Under the pieces are notes generated by a model. It made no database searches. It was not told the origin of the DNA and saw only the letters and a list, made by a program, of their open reading frames with translations. The translations under genes and the position numbers were made by a program. A DNA stretch of 55,156 nt, the filler included, from Squatina squatina (Eukaryota): NCBI GenBank assembly GCA_031763465.1. It is 3 parts of 3 records of this genome, joined end to end, with 100 filler letters (N's around TTAATTAATTAA, not from the genome) between each part and the next. Parts side by side here need not be neighbours in the genome. Positions count along the whole stretch, not along the records: positions 41,584 to 55,156 come from JARFOE010000219.1; 2 more parts are not named here. One strand, 5' to 3'. Below are positions 51,060-55,156 of the stretch, piece by piece (within the stretch, counting starts at the first letter, position 1; each line of letters begins with the position of its first letter).

Positions 51060-51985
51060 ATGCAAAAAGGATTTACAAGGATATTACCAGAACTGAGAGA
51101 TTACAGCTATTGGGAAAGATTGAACAGGCTTTTTGCTTTAGAAAAGAGAAGACTTAGAGCAGACCTGATAGAGGTCTTTTAAAAGTATAAATGGGTTGGA
51201 CAGGGTAGATGTGGAGAGAACGTTTCCACTTGTGCGAGAATCCAAAACTAGGGGCCAAAAATATAAGATAGTTACTAATAAATCCAACAGGGAAATGAGG
51301 AGAAATTTCTTTACTCAGAGAGTGGCTAGAATGTGGAACTTGCTACCACAGGAAGTGATCGAGGCAAATAGCTTAGATGCTTTCAAAAGTAAACTAGATG
51401 AGTACATGAGAGAAAAAGGAATGGAAAGATATGCTGAAAGCCTGAGGTAGATGGAATGGGAGGAGACTCGTGTGGCATATAAATACCAACACAGACTAGT
51501 TACGCCAAACGGCCTGTTTCTGTGCTGTGTATTCTATGTAATTCTGCATCTTTTCCAATGTTGCAGTTGACCTCTGAGTGCTCGGACTGGTACGAAGGAC
51601 GCAAAGTTGTACATTCTCCAATTCCTATGATTATTACAATTAAACAGGGCTTGACAGGGTAAATGCAGAGAGGATGTTTCCACGGGCTGAGAGTCTAGGA
51701 CCAGGGGTAGGCCATTTAGGACTGAGATGAGGAGAAATTTCTTCACTTAGAGGGTGGTGAATCTTTGGAATTCTGTATCCCAGAGGGCTGTGGAGGCTCA
51801 GTCATTGAGTACATTCAAGACAGAGATTGAGAGATTGATAGATTTCTAGATATTAAAGGCATCAAGGGATATGGGGATAGTGCAGGAAAATGGCATTTAG
51901 GCAGAAGATCAGCCATGATCTTGTTGAATGGCGGAGCAGGCTCGAGGGGCCAAATAGCCGACTCCTGCACCTATTTCTTATGTAA
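51060..51985 (+). mobile_element. Two tandem CR1 LINE 3' fragments (about 51060-51545 and 51640-51985) in a NEMF intron
   Basis: LEKRRLRADLIEVF...RRNFFTQRVARMWNLLPQEVIEANSLDAFKSKLD; the second copy repeats the same region and ends ctatttcttatgt. Confidence 0.9.
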
Positions 51986-52112
51986 ACTGTCAAATTCAGA
52001 TATTGTACCACAGGTGCTTGTACTTTATTATTTTCAAGATATTTCAATCTACCTGCAGTTATTAATTACTGCTAGAATATTCTACCATAACATTTACTAT
52101 CTGTGTTTGCAG

Positions 52113-52261
52113 GGTAACATAATTCTTACTGACCACGAATACACAATTCTAAATCTCCTGCGTTTCCGCACCGACGAGGTAGAAGATGTGAAATTTGCTG
52201 TTCGTGAGCGATATCCAGTAGATAATGCTAAAGGTCCAGAGCCTTTGCTATCTTTAGAGAG
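52113..52261 (+). CDS. NEMF: NEMF internal exon
   Basis: [50 protein letters not shown]; acceptor ttgcag, donor AG|gtagtg; follows 50259-50384 in phase 0. Confidence 0.94.
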
Positions 52262-53165
52262 GTAGTGTCACGTGCATTACTCTGATCTAATGAAATCTAA
52301 AAAATTTTCCAGCATTGCTTTTAACCTTATGCCTTGTTTCTGGTGGATGAAGTGTTACACTTTGCCTCATGAATAAAACTTTCATAAACCTTTAAACTAA
52401 AGTATCTAACTTGATTTTGTTGTAAAGATAGATTTTAAAATGATTGAGTCTGTACTGCCCAAATTTTAGAAGGTCTAAAATTCATGAGATCAAGTGTTCA
52501 ACATTGAAACATTTTTTCCTCTCTTTCTCNNNNNNNNNNNNNNNNNNNNNNNNNNNNNNNNNNNNNNNNNNNNNNNNNNNNNNNNNNNNNNNNNNNNNNN
52601 NNNNNNNNNNNNNNNNNNNNNNNNNNNNNCAATGTACAAGCCAAGAGGTAATGATGAGCCTATGTTAAACATTAATAAGACCTCAGTTGGAGCACTTTGC
52701 ATAATATTGGCCTCTGGGCTACAGGAAGGATATTGAGGCTTTAGAGAGTCATAGACTCTCCAGGATGCCACCTGGTATGAGGAAGTATAAATAGAAGAGA
52801 GACTTAAAAGATTGAGGCTTTGTTGTTCTCACGAAGTAGATTACGGAATGATATGAAAGAAGAGTTTAAAATGATGTAATGCTACGTCAAAGTAGATAGA
52901 AGCATACTGTTTCCAGTAGTGCTACCTTAGTTTAATGCAGAGTCTAATTCCGACTTGGGGGAACAGTATGATTTGAAAATCTAACCAGCTTTTTTTTTAA
53001 GCTTGCTTTCTTTTGAGAGCCAGGGAGCAGTCTTCTTCACTCCCTTTAGATAGACTAAAAGTTCATTGATGAGAGTTGTGTTTTTAAAAATTATGTACTT
53101 ATTTAAATTTCAAACTACTTGTATCCATGAAATACACAAAAATTGTATTAATTATTTGTGGTTAG

Positions 53166-53236
53166 GGTTATATCATACAGAAACGAGAAAAAAAGCCAAG
53201 TTTGGATTCAAGCAAGCTACCTGAAGAGTTACTAAC
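53166..53236 (+). CDS. NEMF: NEMF internal exon
   Basis: GYIIQKREKKPSLDSSKLPEELLT; acceptor ggttag, donor AC|gtaagt. Confidence 0.9.
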
Positions 53237-53321
53237 GTAAGTCTAACACTTCTCACATTATAGTCTGGTTGTAGAGTAATTAGAGTATCTATTTAAAAGG
53301 AAATGTTTTTCTCTTTTACAG

Positions 53322-53397
53322 CTATGAGGAATTTCATCCATTTCTTTTCGCACAGCATGAGAACTATCCTTGCATAGAATTTGACTCATTTGATAAG
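53322..53397 (+). CDS. NEMF: NEMF internal exon
   Basis: [25 protein letters not shown]; acceptor ttttacag, donor AAG|gtacat; 85-bp intron from the previous exon, phases match. Confidence 0.92.
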
Positions 53398-53950
53398 GTA
53401 CATTCTGGATTTTATGTATTTCCTTTTATCTCACAAGCAAAATATTTAGTCTTATTCAGGCATAGATATGGGTTGCCTGGTAATGGGAGGTCAATTTAAC
53501 ACTTATTTCTTAATCATGTACAAATATGATAGATTTTTTTTTGTTGACAAAGTGCAAGTATATCCCAAAATGGTGGCAAAACATTGATAGGGCAGCTAGA
53601 GCTATCTCTTCCTCTGTGGTCCTCAGTGCATCATCCTGTGCTTCTTCAGCACTGTCACTACTTCTCCTGTGTGTGTATCTATCCAGGCACCTGCTGTAAG
53701 TGGGAGTGTTGACAGTTAACGCTCAGGTATGTGGCTACTGGGCACCTGGATGCTCTTGTTCTGTGAAGAGACCACATGTTACTGTATTAAAATTGTATGT
53801 ATTACTCAGCACTTGTACAAAACCAGAGAGTGGGGACATGTTTACATGTGTAAATCATAAAGTATATGATTGATATGGTACATGCCAGTTGCTCTGCCCT
53901 CTGGTCCAGCCTCCACATTGGCAACACCTTCTAATTGACACTGCTAACTA

Positions 53951-54187
53951 TGTCAGCTGTGACTCAGTGGGTAGCACACTCAACTTTGAGAAGGCTGTGA
54001 GTTCAAGTCCCACTCCAGGAACTTGAGCACATAAATCTAGGCTGACACTCCAGTGCAGTGCTGAGGGAGTGCTGCACTATCAGAGGTGCTGCCTTTCAGA
54101 TGAGATGCCCTCTCAGGTGGATGTACAAGATCTCATGGCACTATTATGAAGAAGAGCAGGGGAGTTATCCCTGGTGCCCTGGCCAAT
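53951..54187 (+). mobile_element. tRNA-derived SINE (same family as 38161-38552), cut by a gap
   Basis: Shares acttgagcacata.atctaggctg.cact and ccctctcaggtggatg with the 38161 copy. Confidence 0.78.
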
Positions 54188-54681
54188 NNNNNNNNNNNNN
54201 NNNNNNNNNNNNNNNNNNNNNNNNNNNNNNNNNNNNNNNNNNNNNNNNNNNNNNNNNNNNNNNNNNNNNNNNNNNNNNNNNNNNNNNCCACCCTTCGACT
54301 CCCTCTTCCAAGTCGTTAATGAAAATCACAAACAGCAGCGGACCCAGAACCGATCCCTGCGGAAGGAAAACAAACTCTTATTTAACTACAATTATGATCT
54401 ATTCTAAACCTTGTGTGCTTTTTAAATTTGGTACTGCATCTGAACCAACAAGTTTAGTCAGTTTCTAAAAATGTTCTAATGTATGCAGGAAGGTATAGTA
54501 AACTCCCATGACTGAAACATTATCTTTTATACATTTGTAGCGAATAATTATAACTCCGGGATATAGAAGATTCGCTATTGGCTTTTCAATTTGTCCATTA
54601 TAATGGATAGCTTCAAACCTGAGAGTAAATGATTTTAATATATCGTAGCTCGTTATTGCTAACTGTTGTTTTCTTTGGCAG

Positions 54682-54785
54682 GTTTGAGAAATTCTTGTGG
54701 TTTATCAGTAGTGAAAACTACCTCGTAATAGCAGGTCGAGATCAGCAGCAAAATGAGATGATTGTCAAACGATATCTTAAATCAG
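54682..54785 (+). CDS. NEMF: NEMF exon at the start of the NFACT-R domain
   Basis: [34 protein letters not shown]; acceptor tggcag, donor G|gtttgt. Confidence 0.94.
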
Positions 54786-55156
54786 GTTTGTATGTAAAGC
54801 TTGTATTTTTTTTTCAGAGGCTTTTTTTTTTGCATTTATAGAATTGTCACTTGTTATATTGACAAACAGTTCAGTATGGTTGGTGCCTGATACAAAGTCA
54901 CTGGGGAATTGGAATGCGTTGTTAAGACTGTGGCAAGCATCTTCTAGAAATGTGGATTAAGAACATTCGAGAGATGATCATTCAGCACATCAAAGCTCAT
55001 TTGTCCAGTAAATTAATTCTCCCAAGACATTTAATGTTTAGTGTTCCTGTTTCTGTTAGATAGCTCGGTAGATTATCGGGCATTGAATTAATACATTTTT
55101 TTTTCTTAACTGTTCTATGCTTACATTTGACCAATTTCCATTATGGTATTCGGTCC

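Noticed and set aside
1-55156. Prokaryote-style systems (CRISPR array, operon, defence island)
   Set aside because: The sequence is intron-rich vertebrate DNA; no regularly spaced repeat-spacer array or long uninterrupted ORFs are present.

Overview
This is eukaryotic (vertebrate) draft-assembly sequence, most likely from a cartilaginous fish, judging by its CR1/L2 LINE, Deu-type SINE, Penelope and Harbinger repeats. It is not one contiguous locus. Two artificial 100-bp linkers (N44-TTAATTAATTAA-N44 at 20901-21000 and 41484-41583) join three scaffolds, each broken by many 100-N gaps. Scaffold 1 (1-20900) carries minus-strand exons of USP43 and CFAP52. Scaffold 2 (21001-41483) carries exons of CLOCK(-), PDCL2(-), NMU(-), EXOC1L(+) and EXOC1(+), the same order and orientation as the human 4q12 block. 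Scaffold 3 (41584-55156) carries MOK(-) and NEMF(+) exons in divergent orientation. All genes are incomplete because exons fall in gaps. I identified 25 exons by translation and GT-AG boundaries; gene names come from recalled orthologue sequences, not a database search. I see no convincing new multi-gene system. The most interesting unannotated signals are a minimal hammerhead ribozyme in a Penelope-type terminal fragment (32854-32890, minus), an indel-free 201-bp inverted repeat just upstream of the EXOC1 start exon, a hairpin-rich element in PDCL2 that hides consensus splice donors, an EXOC1L orthologue with a Cys-rich tail, and the MOK-NEMF adjacency.
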